A stretch of DNA of 64,000 bases from Candidatus Eiseniibacteriota bacterium (GCA_963744995.1 CAVUWA010000004.1:128001-192000); one strand, 5' to 3'; shown: positions 1 to 9,639, counted from the stretch's first letter. Numbers and translations: made by a program. Notes: a model not told the origin generated them from the sequence alone.

Positions 1-439
1 CGGACTCCAGCTCGATCACGTCGCCGGGGACGAGCTCCGCCGCGGCGCGGGCGCGGGCGACGCCGTCACGCACCACCTTCGCGAGCGGCGCGGCCATGGC
101 TTCGAGCGCGCGGATCGAGCGTTCGGCACGCACTTCCTGCACGATCGACAGCACCGCGTTCAGGATCATGATCACCAGGATCGCGATCGCATCCACGGTT
201 TCGTGCAGCCACAGCGTGACGCCCACCGCGGCGAGCAGGAGCAGCATGAGGGTGTTGGCGAACGGCTTGACGAGGCGCGCCGCCCACGATGGGCCCGGCG
301 GTGCGGGCAGCACGTTCGGCCCCGCCTCGCGCAGGCGCTCCGCGATGCCGGCGGCGGGGAGCCCGTGCGCCGGGTCGGTGCGCAGGGCGGCGGCGACGGC
401 GGCCACCGCACTGGCGTGCCATGCGATCCTGTCGGCCAC
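1..439 (-). CDS. Cation-transporting P-type ATPase, N-terminal part (runs off window)
   Basis: Own translation from GTG at 439 (GGAGGAGG upstream): WHA...TDPAHGL...GPNVLP...two TM helices...QEVRAERSIRAL...VVRDG...ELVPGDVIEL, the typical N-terminus and actuator start of type II P-ATPases. Confidence 0.88.
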   Translation of the reverse strand, partial: MADRIAWHASAVAAVAAALRTDPAHGLPAAGIAERLREAGPNVLPAPPGPSWAARLVKPFANTLMLLLLAAVGVTLWLHETVDAIAILVIMILNAVLSIVQEVRAERSIRALEAMAAPLAKVVRDGVARARAAAELVPGDVIELES

Positions 440-585
440 GCGGATTCCCCTCCTCCCGGCCGGACGGCGGACGCGCACCCGCCGCCTGCACCCGTCGAAG
501 TGCCGCCGCGGGCCGGCGATCTCGCGCGGGCCGCGCGGCAGGCAGCCCGTGCCCTGCTGCACTGTCCCGCGCCGGACCCGGCGTC

Positions 586-3300
586 TCAGTTCGAGGGACG
601 CCGCTCGCCGGGCGGACGCAGCAGACCGTGCCTGCCCTTCGGCTGCACGTGCGGATCATGACAGCCGAGGCAATCCGCGGTCTGCACGTCCATGCCGGGG
701 TGTTTCTGTTTCAGCGTCACCGAGGTGCGACCGTGGCAGGACAAGCAGAGTTCGGGGCCCCGTTTGCGGGTCATGCCCGGGAAGTCCGAGCCGTGGCGCG
801 CGTGGCAGGTGAGGCACATGCCGTTGCCGACCGGCGCGTGCGTGTCGCCGGCGCGGATGCGCGCGACGAGATCGGCGTGACAGTCTCCGCACAGCGCCAC
901 GGTCGGCTTCACGAGCAGTCCGCGGCGCCGCCCCTGATGGGGCGAGTGGCATGCCGTGCAATCGCCCTGGGCCGCGGGCGGATGCGCGTGCGTCGCGGCC
1001 GTCTCGCTCGCGACGCCGGGGTGGCACGTGCCGCAGAGCTGCGGCTCGGGGGAGCGCAGCAGGTGGGGCTGGCTCGCCGCATGCGGCGTGTGGCACGCGA
1101 CGCAGTCGCCGCTCGCGACCGGCGGATGCACGCGCGTCTCGGGTGTGTCCGGCTTCGTGACCTCATGGCAGTCGTTGCAGAGCGTTCGCGCCGGCTCGGC
1201 GAGGTTCGCCGCGCCCGGCGTGCCGTCCCCGTGACATGCGGTGCAGTCGCCCTCGGCGAATCCGGGGTGCGCATGCGCGGGGATCAGGCCGGCCGCGTCC
1301 GAATCGTGTGGCGCGTGGCAGTCGAGGCAATTCACCTCCGTGAGGTCCGCGCCCATGTGCTTCGCGCGCAGCGCCGCATCGGCGGTGTCGTGACAGTTCG
1401 CGCAGAGGTCCGGCACTTTCTCCGTCAGATCGGGCTTCACCCTTCCGCCGTGCGGATCATGGCAGGCGAGGCAATCGCCGCTCGCGACCGGCGGATGCAC
1501 GTGGTCGCCGCGATGGCCGATGGCGGGGTGGCACTTCGCACACAGGTCGGCGCCCGTGGCGACCAGCAGGTCGGTGGCATCGGAGCCGTGCGGGTCGTGG
1601 CAGTCGCCGCAGCGCCCGGCGGCCGCCGGCGGGTGGGGGGCGGGCCCCGCGATCTTCGCTTCGATGTCGGCGTGGCAGGTGGTGCAGAGCGAGCGCTCGT
1701 CTTCGGTGAGCAGGGCCGCTCCCTGGCCGCCGTGCGCTCCGTGACAGGCGAGGCAGTCGCCGTCGGCGGCCGGCGGGTGCGGGTTCGCGGCATGCGTCCG
1801 TTCGACCGTTTCCGCGTGGCAGGTGCCGCACAGGGCGGCGCCGTCGGCGCGCGTCAGCGCCCTGCCGGGCGACTGGTGCGGATCGTGGCACGCGGTGCAG
1901 TCGCCGCTCTCGAACGGTGCATGCGCGGTCGCGCCGGCGAGCGCCCGTGGTTGATCCTCGTGACACGCGAGGCAGGTTTTGCCCACGCTCTGGCGCAGGA
2001 GGTGCGGGTTCGGACCGCTGTGCGGCACGTGGCAGCCGAGGCAGTCCTTCGCCGCGGCGGGTGGATGCACGCCCTTGCCGGCGGCGATGCGCGTGGCCAG
2101 GTCCTTGTGACAGTCGAGGCACATGGTGCCGTCGGTCGAACGCACCAGACCCGCCCGCTCCGAGCCGTGCGGGTCGTGGCAGGCCGCACAGTCGCCGTCG
2201 GCGAATGCGCGATGCACCACCGGCTGCTGGAACGCTTCCTCGAGATCGCCGTGGCACTGGCCGCACAGTTCGCGCGGCGCATCCCTGAGCAGCCCGCGGC
2301 CGGCTCTGCGGCCATGCGGATCGTGGCAGGTGAGGCATTCGCCGCCGGCGGCCGGGGGATGCGGGTGGCTGCGGTCGGCGAGGCCGTCCAGGTCGGCGTG
2401 ACAGGTGATGCAGAGGTCCGGCGGTTCCATGACGAGCGCCCGCGTCGGCGAGCCGTTGCCCATCTCATGGCAGACGTCGCACTCGCCCGCGGCCACGGGC
2501 GGATGCGCGCCGGCGCGCTGGAGGTGCGACCCGTCGGAGGCGTGCGGGCTGTGGCAGCTCGTGCAGGGGAGATTCCCGCGCGTCACCTTCGCGTGCTTCT
2601 TCTCGACCGTCTTCGCCGGGTGGCATCGCAGGCACAGTCCGGGGACGTCGCTCACGAGCAGATTCGGCCCGGGCGCGTCGTGGCCGCGGTGACAGGAGGA
2701 GCAGCGGCCGCTTCGGAACGGGCCATGCAGATGCGTGTCCTGCGCTTCGCGCGCCGCGGTGGCGTGGCACTTGAAGCAGGTTTCGGCGGGCCCGCCATCC
2801 TTCATCAGATGGGGCGCGTTCGCGGCGTGCGGATCGTGGCAGGCGCTGCAGTCACCGCGCTCGAACGGCGCATGGGGATGGGCGGCGCCGGTGTCGGCCG
2901 CCACGCTCGCATGACAGCGCAGGCACAGGGCGGGCTCGGGCATAACGAGCAGCAGCGCACCCTCGGGCCCGTGCTCCGCATGGCACGCCGTGCAGTCCTT
3001 CTTCCGCACCGGGTCGTGCACGTGCTGCTTCGAGCGGACGGTCTTCTTCAGCGCACCGTGGCAGGTGTAACAGTCGGCCTGCTTCGCCGCGGCCGCGGGC
3101 CCGGCCCATGCACCGAGGAGCGCGGCGCAGACCAGCGCAACCGGAACCGCCGAGGCCCACCGCGCGAGGCGGCGCAGCGGATCGACGGGCGCCGCGCGTC
3201 GGCCGCCACGCGTGGCACGCGTGGTCCCCCTCACCTCACCGCCAGGGCGTTCCGGCGGCGTGGCGCGACCGTCACTCCGATGTATGTTTCCAAAGGACAT
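586..3300 (-). CDS. Very large multiheme cytochrome c, 34 CxxCH motifs (paired-CXXCH repeat type), with signal peptide
   Basis: 34 CxxCH counted by hand in repeats of HxP...CxxCHxPH...LCxxCH; hydrophobic signal ending PAAAA before the first heme. Start is ATG 3300 or GTG 3234; the ORF-track start 3510 lies upstream of the promoter motif. Confidence 0.93.
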   Translation of the reverse strand: MSFGNIHRSDGRATPPERPGGEVRGTTRATRGGRRAAPVDPLRRLARWASAVPVALVCAALLGAWAGPAAAAKQADCYTCHGALKKTVRSKQHVHDPVRKKDCTACHAEHGPEGALLLVMPEPALCLRCHASVAADTGAAHPHAPFERGDCSACHDPHAANAPHLMKDGGPAETCFKCHATAAREAQDTHLHGPFRSGRCSSCHRGHDAPGPNLLVSDVPGLCLRCHPAKTVEKKHAKVTRGNLPCTSCHSPHASDGSHLQRAGAHPPVAAGECDVCHEMGNGSPTRALVMEPPDLCITCHADLDGLADRSHPHPPAAGGECLTCHDPHGRRAGRGLLRDAPRELCGQCHGDLEEAFQQPVVHRAFADGDCAACHDPHGSERAGLVRSTDGTMCLDCHKDLATRIAAGKGVHPPAAAKDCLGCHVPHSGPNPHLLRQSVGKTCLACHEDQPRALAGATAHAPFESGDCTACHDPHQSPGRALTRADGAALCGTCHAETVERTHAANPHPPAADGDCLACHGAHGGQGAALLTEDERSLCTTCHADIEAKIAGPAPHPPAAAGRCGDCHDPHGSDATDLLVATGADLCAKCHPAIGHRGDHVHPPVASGDCLACHDPHGGRVKPDLTEKVPDLCANCHDTADAALRAKHMGADLTEVNCLDCHAPHDSDAAGLIPAHAHPGFAEGDCTACHGDGTPGAANLAEPARTLCNDCHEVTKPDTPETRVHPPVASGDCVACHTPHAASQPHLLRSPEPQLCGTCHPGVASETAATHAHPPAAQGDCTACHSPHQGRRRGLLVKPTVALCGDCHADLVARIRAGDTHAPVGNGMCLTCHARHGSDFPGMTRKRGPELCLSCHGRTSVTLKQKHPGMDVQTADCLGCHDPHVQPKGRHGLLRPPGERRPSN

Positions 3301-3373
3301 GGGCAGGCGCTGCACCCGGAAAGAGTCGAAAGCAGGGCCCGGCGGAGTTCCGCGCAGGCGCAACCCGTTCAAC

Positions 3374-3389
3374 TGCAATGGCGATGCCA
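3374..3389 (-). promoter_or_regulatory. Sigma-54 (-24/-12) promoter for the multiheme cytochrome
   Basis: Minus strand TGGCATCGCCATTGCA closely matches TGGCAC-N5-TTGCW with exact GG-N10-GC spacing, about 75 bp upstream of ATG 3300. Confidence 0.7.
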
Positions 3390-3662
3390 CGGCACGGGCG
3401 TTCGCGCCGAAGTGGCAAAGTCGTTTGATCGCAATGCCGCGGCCGCAGCACGGCAGCGCGCGGGCGAGTCTCCATCCACCATCGGACCATGCGCGGGTGT
3501 CATGGCACAAGGGCCGGGGGGACAGTCTGTCATGCGGCGTGCCGTTTTCGGCGGAGCGGCCGCCACCGGCACGACGCCGTCACGGCGGCGGCCTGCACGG
3601 AAGATCGCCTCCCGCATGGACCTGCGCACGCGGCGGTGCCGGTCCGCCCGGCGCGCCGCATT

Positions 3663-3678
3663 CGGTACGGATGTTGCC
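3663..3678 (+). promoter_or_regulatory. Possible sigma-54 promoter for ccmF
   Basis: CGGTACGGATGTTGCC has GG-N10-GC spacing and TTGC, about 50 bp upstream of ATG 3729. Confidence 0.5.
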
Positions 3679-3728
3679 TTTCCGGGCCGCGGAGGATTCA
3701 CGCGCAACCGTTCTCGCCGAGGTCCGAC

Positions 3729-5945
3729 ATGAATCTGGGTCAACTGCTGATACAGGCGTCGTTCGCACTGGCCGTCGCGACGACGCTTCTTCATTTCGGC
3801 GCGCTGCGCGGGAAGAAGACCGCGGGCGCGTCGCAGACGTTCGTGCTGCACGCCGGGGCGCTGGTCGCGGCGGTACTCCTGCTGATCCGGCACTTCGCCG
3901 CGCACGATTTCCAGTTCGCGTACGTGGCCGAGCACAGCTCGCGTGCGCTGACGCCGATCATGGCGATCGCCGCGAGCTGGGCGGGGCAGGAGGGCAGCAT
4001 TCTGCTGTGGGCCGCGATCGTGGCGGTGCTCGGGCTCGCGCTGATGCGCCAGCCGGGCAGGCTGTCCAGGCCGGCGCTGTTCTTCGTGAGCGCGAGCCAG
4101 CTGTTCCTGGTGGGCATCCTGCTGATCCGCAGCCCGTTCCGGCTGGCGCCGGCGGTGCCGGCCGACGGCTTCGGCCTGAATCCGCTGCTCGAAGACCCGT
4201 GGATGGTCGCGCACCCGCCGGCCCTGTTCGTCGGCTACGCCGCGCTGGTGGTGCCGTTCGCGCTCGCGGCGGCAGCGCTGGTGCGCAACGAATTCAAGGA
4301 CTGGAACCGCGCAGTCTGGCCGTGGGCGCTGTTCGGAACCCTCGGGCTCGGCATCGGCATCGTGCTCGGCGGGATCTGGGCCTACAAGGTGCTCGGCTGG
4401 GGCGGCTTCTGGGGCTGGGATCCGGTGGAGAACGCCTCGCTCATTCCGTGGCTCACCACCGTGGCGCTGGTGCACGGCCTGCTGATCCAGCGCACCACCG
4501 GCTCGCTCGCGCGCACGAACCTGAGTCTCGCGCTGCTCGGCTGGGTGCTCGTGGTCGGCGGCACGTACATGACGCGCAGCGGCGTGCTGCAGGATTTCTC
4601 CGTGCACTCGTTCGCCGATTCCGGGCTCAACACCCCGCTGGTCTCGTTCCTCGCCGGCACGTTCGCGCTCGGCGCGGTTCTGATGGTCTGGCGCTGGAAG
4701 TCCATTCCTTCCGCGAAGACCACCATCGAGACGCTGTCGCGTGAAGGCGCGCTGTGGCTCGGACTGCTGACGGTGGTGATGCTGGCCGCACTCGTGACGG
4801 TGGGGACCACGTCGCCGCTGCTGACCTCGCTCACCGGCCGGCCGGCTTCGGTACAGACCTCGTTCTACAACATGATCGCGCTGCCACTCGGCGTGGTGCT
4901 CGCGCTGCTGATGGCCCTCGCCCCGGCGCTGCGCTGGTCGAGGCAGAACGGCCTGACGTGGCTCACAGCGCTCGCGCCCGGCTTCGTGGCCGGCGTGCTG
5001 GCGGGCGGCGTCGCGTTCATCTTCGGGATGCACGATGCCGGCTGGATCACCATCGTGACCGCCACCGGCTTCGCGCTCGGCGTGAACGCTCAGGTGGCGG
5101 CGCGCCTGTTCCGGCGCGGCTGGATGTACGGCGCCGGATATCTGGGCCACGTCGGCATCGCGGTGATGATCCTCGGCATCGTGGTCTCGGCGACGCTCGG
5201 CCGCTCCGCACAGGTCACCCTGCGCGAGGGCGAGTCGCAGGAGGCCCTGGGCTACACGCTCACGTTCAAGGGCGCCGAGCGCGGACCGCGCGGCGAGCAG
5301 GTGATGCGCGTGGACGTCGCGGCGAAGGGCTGGCGCCACGAAGCGCGCCCGATGCTGCTCGAATCACCGCAGACGAACGGCGTCGTGCGCACGCCGGACA
5401 TCAGCGGCACGCGTGACCTTTACATCTCGCCGATGGACCTGCGCACGGTCGGCGGCGACGACCAGCTGACATGGCTCGGCAAGGGCGAGCACGTCGAGAT
5501 CGACGGCGCCACCTATGCTTTCGACGGCTTCCGCATGGAGAACCACGGCACGATGCTGGTCACCGCCGACGTCACCGTGCGGTCGCACGGCGTCACCTGG
5601 GAGGTCCGGCCTGCGATCGAGATGGGACGCGACGGTGCGGTCGCTCGTGACGCGGAGATCTCAGGGGTCGGCGCCATCGGTCTGCGCCACGTCGACGTGG
5701 ATCAGGGTCGAGTGGCGCTGGCGCTCCCCGGTCCGCACATCCACGCGGCCGCGCTCGCCACGATCGAGGTGAGCACCAAGCCGTGGATCAACCTGGTGTG
5801 GGTGGGCGCGCTGCTCGCGCTCATCGGCACGGCCATTGCCGGCCTCCGGCGCGCGGGCGAGGCCCGGCCGGCGCCGGTCCGGCGGGTGCGCGGCATGACG
5901 CCGGCCTCGGCGAAGCTCACGGTACCGGGTGCGCAGGAGCGCTGA
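3729..5945 (+). CDS. ccmF: Cytochrome c heme lyase CcmF/NrfE family
   Basis: Polytopic membrane protein with WAGQEGS, GLNPLL, HPP and the WWD motif WAYKVLGWGGFWGWDPVENAS, plus SVHSFA. Confidence 0.92.
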   Translation: MNLGQLLIQASFALAVATTLLHFGALRGKKTAGASQTFVLHAGALVAAVLLLIRHFAAHDFQFAYVAEHSSRALTPIMAIAASWAGQEGSILLWAAIVAVLGLALMRQPGRLSRPALFFVSASQLFLVGILLIRSPFRLAPAVPADGFGLNPLLEDPWMVAHPPALFVGYAALVVPFALAAAALVRNEFKDWNRAVWPWALFGTLGLGIGIVLGGIWAYKVLGWGGFWGWDPVENASLIPWLTTVALVHGLLIQRTTGSLARTNLSLALLGWVLVVGGTYMTRSGVLQDFSVHSFADSGLNTPLVSFLAGTFALGAVLMVWRWKSIPSAKTTIETLSREGALWLGLLTVVMLAALVTVGTTSPLLTSLTGRPASVQTSFYNMIALPLGVVLALLMALAPALRWSRQNGLTWLTALAPGFVAGVLAGGVAFIFGMHDAGWITIVTATGFALGVNAQVAARLFRRGWMYGAGYLGHVGIAVMILGIVVSATLGRSAQVTLREGESQEALGYTLTFKGAERGPRGEQVMRVDVAAKGWRHEARPMLLESPQTNGVVRTPDISGTRDLYISPMDLRTVGGDDQLTWLGKGEHVEIDGATYAFDGFRMENHGTMLVTADVTVRSHGVTWEVRPAIEMGRDGAVARDAEISGVGAIGLRHVDVDQGRVALALPGPHIHAAALATIEVSTKPWINLVWVGALLALIGTAIAGLRRAGEARPAPVRRVRGMTPASAKLTVPGAQER

Positions 5946-5972
5946 AGCAGGACCCGCATCGTTCACGAATCC

Positions 5973-6003
5973 GGGCCCGCCGCCGGTCTTCCGGGGCGGG
6001 CCC
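5973..6003. terminator. GC-rich hairpin between convergent genes
   Basis: GGGCCCGCCGCCGG-TCTT-CCGGGGCGGGCCC inverted repeat; no U tract. Confidence 0.4.
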
Positions 6004-6051
6004 GCGCCGTTCGGGAATCGAACCGGGGAAGGCGTCTCTGCCCGCCCGGGA

Positions 6052-6807
6052 TCAGAGCAGGTAGTCGCGGTTCAGCGCGCCGACGGTCGCGGCGGAGACG
6101 GCCTTCAGCTCTGCGATGATCCGTTCGCGGAAGCGCGGCTTGAGATGCACCGCGATGACCTCGACGCCGGCCGGCAGCTTGCCGGCCTCGCCGCCCAGCA
6201 GCCCCGGCGTCAGGTGGCCGGTGAGCGTTGCCAGATCCAGGAGCGCGTCGGGGAACGAGCATTCGACGAAGGCCGCGCGCAGCCGGCCGGTGGCGAGGGC
6301 CACCTGCCAGAGCCGCTCCGTGGGGCCGGAGTCGGCGCCGAAGACGATCGCCGAGGTTCCGTCGTCCACGACGTAGCCGTACGTGGGGACCGTGTGGTGC
6401 ACGGGCACGGCCGTGACGGTAAGGGTGCCGACGCGCACCGGGGTCTCGGGGCGCATCGGCAGCAGCTCGACCCACGGCCGTTCCGGCGCGCGCAGACGGG
6501 CATCGTCCACCCACACCTGCGCATTGAAGAAGTGCCGCCTGAGATCCTCGAGCGTTTCGCTCGAACCGTGAATCCGGATCGGACCCTCGCCGCGGTCGTT
6601 GCGATCCTCGATGTAGAGCGGGAGCGTGGCCACGTGATCGAGGTGCGCATGGGTGAGGAACACGTCGGCGGGGCCGCCGCGGGGCGGCGCCGACTGCAGC
6701 CCGAGGCAGCCGCCGTCGATGGCCACGGTTCCGTTCACGAGGAAGCTGATCAGGTGCTGATCGTGCGGTGTGCCGTTCGGCGACGAGGGCAGGATGCGGA
6801 CCTTCAT
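6052..6807 (-). CDS. MBL-fold 3',5'-cyclic nucleotide phosphodiesterase (class II-like)
   Basis: FLTHAHLDH, VHHTVP, DSGPT, ECSFP, GHLTP and HLKP motifs; ATGA overlap with the upstream cyclase. Confidence 0.85.
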   Translation of the reverse strand: MKVRILPSSPNGTPHDQHLISFLVNGTVAIDGGCLGLQSAPPRGGPADVFLTHAHLDHVATLPLYIEDRNDRGEGPIRIHGSSETLEDLRRHFFNAQVWVDDARLRAPERPWVELLPMRPETPVRVGTLTVTAVPVHHTVPTYGYVVDDGTSAIVFGADSGPTERLWQVALATGRLRAAFVECSFPDALLDLATLTGHLTPGLLGGEAGKLPAGVEVIAVHLKPRFRERIIAELKAVSAATVGALNRDYLL

Positions 6808-7811
6808 GACGCCCCCGTGAGCGCGAAGACGTCCTGCGGCTCAGCGAACCCGTCGAGCATCCGCGGCCCGAGCGCCCGGAAGCGGAACGCCGCGGCGGCC
6901 AGCGCGCGGGTCCGGCCGCAGGCGAGGATCCGCCCGGTGTCGTCGTCGGCCAGCTTCTCGAGCCGGTAGGCGAGCACCACCGGCGGCCCGATCATGGAGA
7001 GTCCGACCGGATGCGGGCCGCCCATGCTGTTGACCAGGACGTTGCCGCTCGCGAGCGCCCACTCCATGCGCGCGGGCTGCGCGAGCCGCCAGAGGGCCGG
7101 ATCCCGCCCGAGGCGCGCGGCTTCGCCGTCGAGCGCGAGCGCCGCGCGGCACGCGCGCACGGCGTGGTTCCCGGCCTCGCCCGCCTCCCAGTAGGCGAGG
7201 ATCGCGTCGCCCGAATACTCCTTCACGGTGCCGCCCAGTTCCGTCACCCGCCGGGTCAGCTGATGGAAGAGCCCGCTCACCGACGCCTCGAGCGATTCCT
7301 GCTGCGCCTCGCGGACCAGCGTCGTGTAGCCGCGGATGTCGCCCACCACCACGGTCGCAGAGGTCCAGGAGGAGACCAGTTTCGTCCGGCGCTCGTGTGC
7401 CTCCGGGGGTGGCGCCGTCTTCGTCGCCGGCGCTCCGAGCCGGAAGGCGAGGTCGAGCCCCAGCGTCAGCACCTGACCGGGCTGGAGCTCGCTCTCGGTG
7501 CCGGGCACCAGCCGGCGATGATCGATGCGCGTGCCGTTGCTGCTGGTGTCGCGCACCCAGCAGCGGCCGCGCGTATCCTGGGTGATCACGCAGTGGCGCT
7601 CCGAAACCGTGCCGTCGGCGACGCGCAGCACGCCGGGCGCCGGCGCCTGCCCGGGCTCGAGGCGGCCGATCTCGAGGTAGTCGAAGAACGGGAACCGCCC
7701 GCCCTGGCACGGGCCGCTGACGGCCACCAGCTCGCGCGCCGGCGCACGGCCCGCCGGCGGCGCGAGGTAGGAGATCGCCGCGCCGGTCAGCGGCGCCCCA
7801 GACTCGCTCAC
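6804..7811 (-). CDS. FHA domain + class III nucleotide cyclase
   Basis: FHA motifs IGR, VSERHC, DTSSNGT; cyclase motifs GDIRGYT, EYSGDAILAYW, IGPPVVLAYRLE; GTG 7811 overlaps the upstream TGA. Confidence 0.85.
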   Translation of the reverse strand: MSESGAPLTGAAISYLAPPAGRAPARELVAVSGPCQGGRFPFFDYLEIGRLEPGQAPAPGVLRVADGTVSERHCVITQDTRGRCWVRDTSSNGTRIDHRRLVPGTESELQPGQVLTLGLDLAFRLGAPATKTAPPPEAHERRTKLVSSWTSATVVVGDIRGYTTLVREAQQESLEASVSGLFHQLTRRVTELGGTVKEYSGDAILAYWEAGEAGNHAVRACRAALALDGEAARLGRDPALWRLAQPARMEWALASGNVLVNSMGGPHPVGLSMIGPPVVLAYRLEKLADDDTGRILACGRTRALAAAAFRFRALGPRMLDGFAEPQDVFALTGAS

Positions 7812-8200
7812 GGCGCGTCCTCGTGCACGCCGGCGACGAGGCGCTGCCGGGCGAGTGCTTCGCTGAGTTCGCGGATCCGCCGCGACATGGTGCGCAGGAT
7901 GTTGAAGGCGAGCGAGGGGTCCTCGTGCACGCGCCGCATGAAACCTTCCTGTTCGAGCGTGAGGAGCCGGGTTTCGCCGCGGGCGCGCACCGTCGCCGAG
8001 CGCGCCTCGCGATCGAACAGGCACATCTCGCCGAAGATCTCGCCCCTGCCGAGCACGCGCAGCAGCACGTCGCCCTCGTCGCTCTGGGTGACCACCTCCA
8101 CCTCGCCCTCCTGGACCACGTACATGCAGTGCCCCGTCTCGCCCTGACGAAACACGATTTCGCCGTCCTGGTAGATCTTGCCCAGCGCACCGCTCTTCAT
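7808..8200 (-). CDS. Stand-alone cyclic nucleotide-binding domain protein
   Basis: 130 aa: GEIVFRQGE..MYVVQEGEVEV..GEIFGEM..RSATVRA; no HTH; ATGA overlap with the upstream gene. Confidence 0.9.
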   Translation of the reverse strand: MKSGALGKIYQDGEIVFRQGETGHCMYVVQEGEVEVVTQSDEGDVLLRVLGRGEIFGEMCLFDREARSATVRARGETRLLTLEQEGFMRRVHEDPSLAFNILRTMSRRIRELSEALARQRLVAGVHEDAP

Positions 8201-9639
8201 GACGTCCTCCTCGTGGCCCCGGAGGTCGGGGCCCGTTCGTGGGCCGGATCCGCTCCGGCGATCGGTCCCGGCGACAGCCCGGCGGCCACCAGGTCCCAGG
8301 CGAGATGCCCGATGAACGCCGGGTGCATGGCACGCCTGACGACGCTGCCGTAGGGCGCGCTGCCCGTGAACACGTCCCAGAGAATTCCGCTCATGCGCCG
8401 CTTGCGGCCCTGGCGGCGCTGCTCCGCGGCGGTCATGCGCAGGATCCCGCGGCGCGCGAAGCGGTGTTTCTGCAGCAGGCCGGTCATCGAGAAAGCGAGT
8501 TGACCGAGCCGGTTGTCCTTCATGATCGCCCGCGCCGCGGGCAGGAAGTAGCGCTCGAAGCTCGCGGCCGAAACGCCCTGGAACACGCACGTGGTCGCGG
8601 CCACCTTGGCGGTCCGGTACGCCGCGCCGATCCCGTCCTTGTAGAGCCGCGTCACGCCGCAGTCGCCGAGGATCAGCAGCCGGTCGGCGAACGGGCGCTC
8701 GATGCCTTCGACGTTGATGAATGGAAGACACTGGCACGAACGCTTCGGCAGGTGCAGGTCGGCCGGAAAGCAGGCGCGCACCTCCGCGGAATCGACGAAC
8801 GCTTCGGCCATCGCCTTGTCGACACCCTCGCCGAGCAGGCACACGGTCGCGTATTCGCCCTTCGGGATGATCGCGGCGAACTCGAGCCCCGGGATGTCGA
8901 GCAGGAACACGTGCATCGAGTTCCCGAGCGAGGCGCCGAGCGCTTCCTCGCCGAGGAAATACTCACGAATGAACGTGCGCGCCGTCTTCGGCGGCCGGTA
9001 GCCGACATTCATACTTTCGAGCAACTGCGTCGCATCCGCGTTCACGCCTCCGGCCACGACCAGCAGATCGCAGCTCCGGGAGCGGCCGTCGGCGCCGACC
9101 AGGCAGGGGTGGCCGTCGGCGAACCCGGCGCTCTGCACCCGGCCCGGCACGACGCGCGCACCCCGCTCGACGGCACGGCCCAGCAGGAAGCCGTCGAAGC
9201 TCTCCCAGCGCGCGTTCTTCAGATCGCGCGGACCCAGCCCGCGGTGCACGGTTCCGATCCGCATCTCGTGGAGCGGCGTTTCGATCCGTACGCTGCCGAC
9301 GTCCATGTGGAGCACGTAGGAATCGATACCGCGCTGGATCACCGAATCGGGCAGCACGAGGCCCTCGGCGGCGAGCATCTGCACGAGGGATTCGGAGACG
9401 ATGCCGCCGCACATGTTGCAGCCCGCGGGGGCAGGCACGGAAAAGTCACGCGCCTCGTGGATCTCGACCTCGAGCCGGCGGCCCAGCGTGCCGGCCAGCT
9501 CGAGCAGGAAGCAGGCGAAGAACGCGCCCGCGGGTCCACCGCCCACGATCCCCACACGGGCGCCGTCTTCGAGACGCGGCCCCGGCGGTGGATCGCTCGG
9601 TGTCACGGACCTGGCCCGCCGGATCGATCCGGTCGCCAT
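8197..9639 (-). CDS. FAD-dependent oxidoreductase (geranylgeranyl reductase/FixC-like)
   Basis: IVGGGPAG dinucleotide fold, CNMCGG, FDGFLL, ILGDCG...GIGAA; start uncertain. Confidence 0.8.
   Translation of the reverse strand: MATGSIRRARSVTPSDPPPGPRLEDGARVGIVGGGPAGAFFACFLLELAGTLGRRLEVEIHEARDFSVPAPAGCNMCGGIVSESLVQMLAAEGLVLPDSVIQRGIDSYVLHMDVGSVRIETPLHEMRIGTVHRGLGPRDLKNARWESFDGFLLGRAVERGARVVPGRVQSAGFADGHPCLVGADGRSRSCDLLVVAGGVNADATQLLESMNVGYRPPKTARTFIREYFLGEEALGASLGNSMHVFLLDIPGLEFAAIIPKGEYATVCLLGEGVDKAMAEAFVDSAEVRACFPADLHLPKRSCQCLPFINVEGIERPFADRLLILGDCGVTRLYKDGIGAAYRTAKVAATTCVFQGVSAASFERYFLPAARAIMKDNRLGQLAFSMTGLLQKHRFARRGILRMTAAEQRRQGRKRRMSGILWDVFTGSAPYGSVVRRAMHPAFIGHLAWDLVAAGLSPGPIAGADPAHERAPTSGATRRTS

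Noticed and set aside
3413..3440. Additional sigma-54 or FNR motif (TGGCAAAGTCGTTTGATC)
   Set aside because: GG-N10-GC spacing fails and only a half FNR site is present
289..3732. 1147-aa plus-strand ORF
   Set aside because: Antisense shadow of the multiheme cytochrome; Arg/Ala/Val-rich with no motifs
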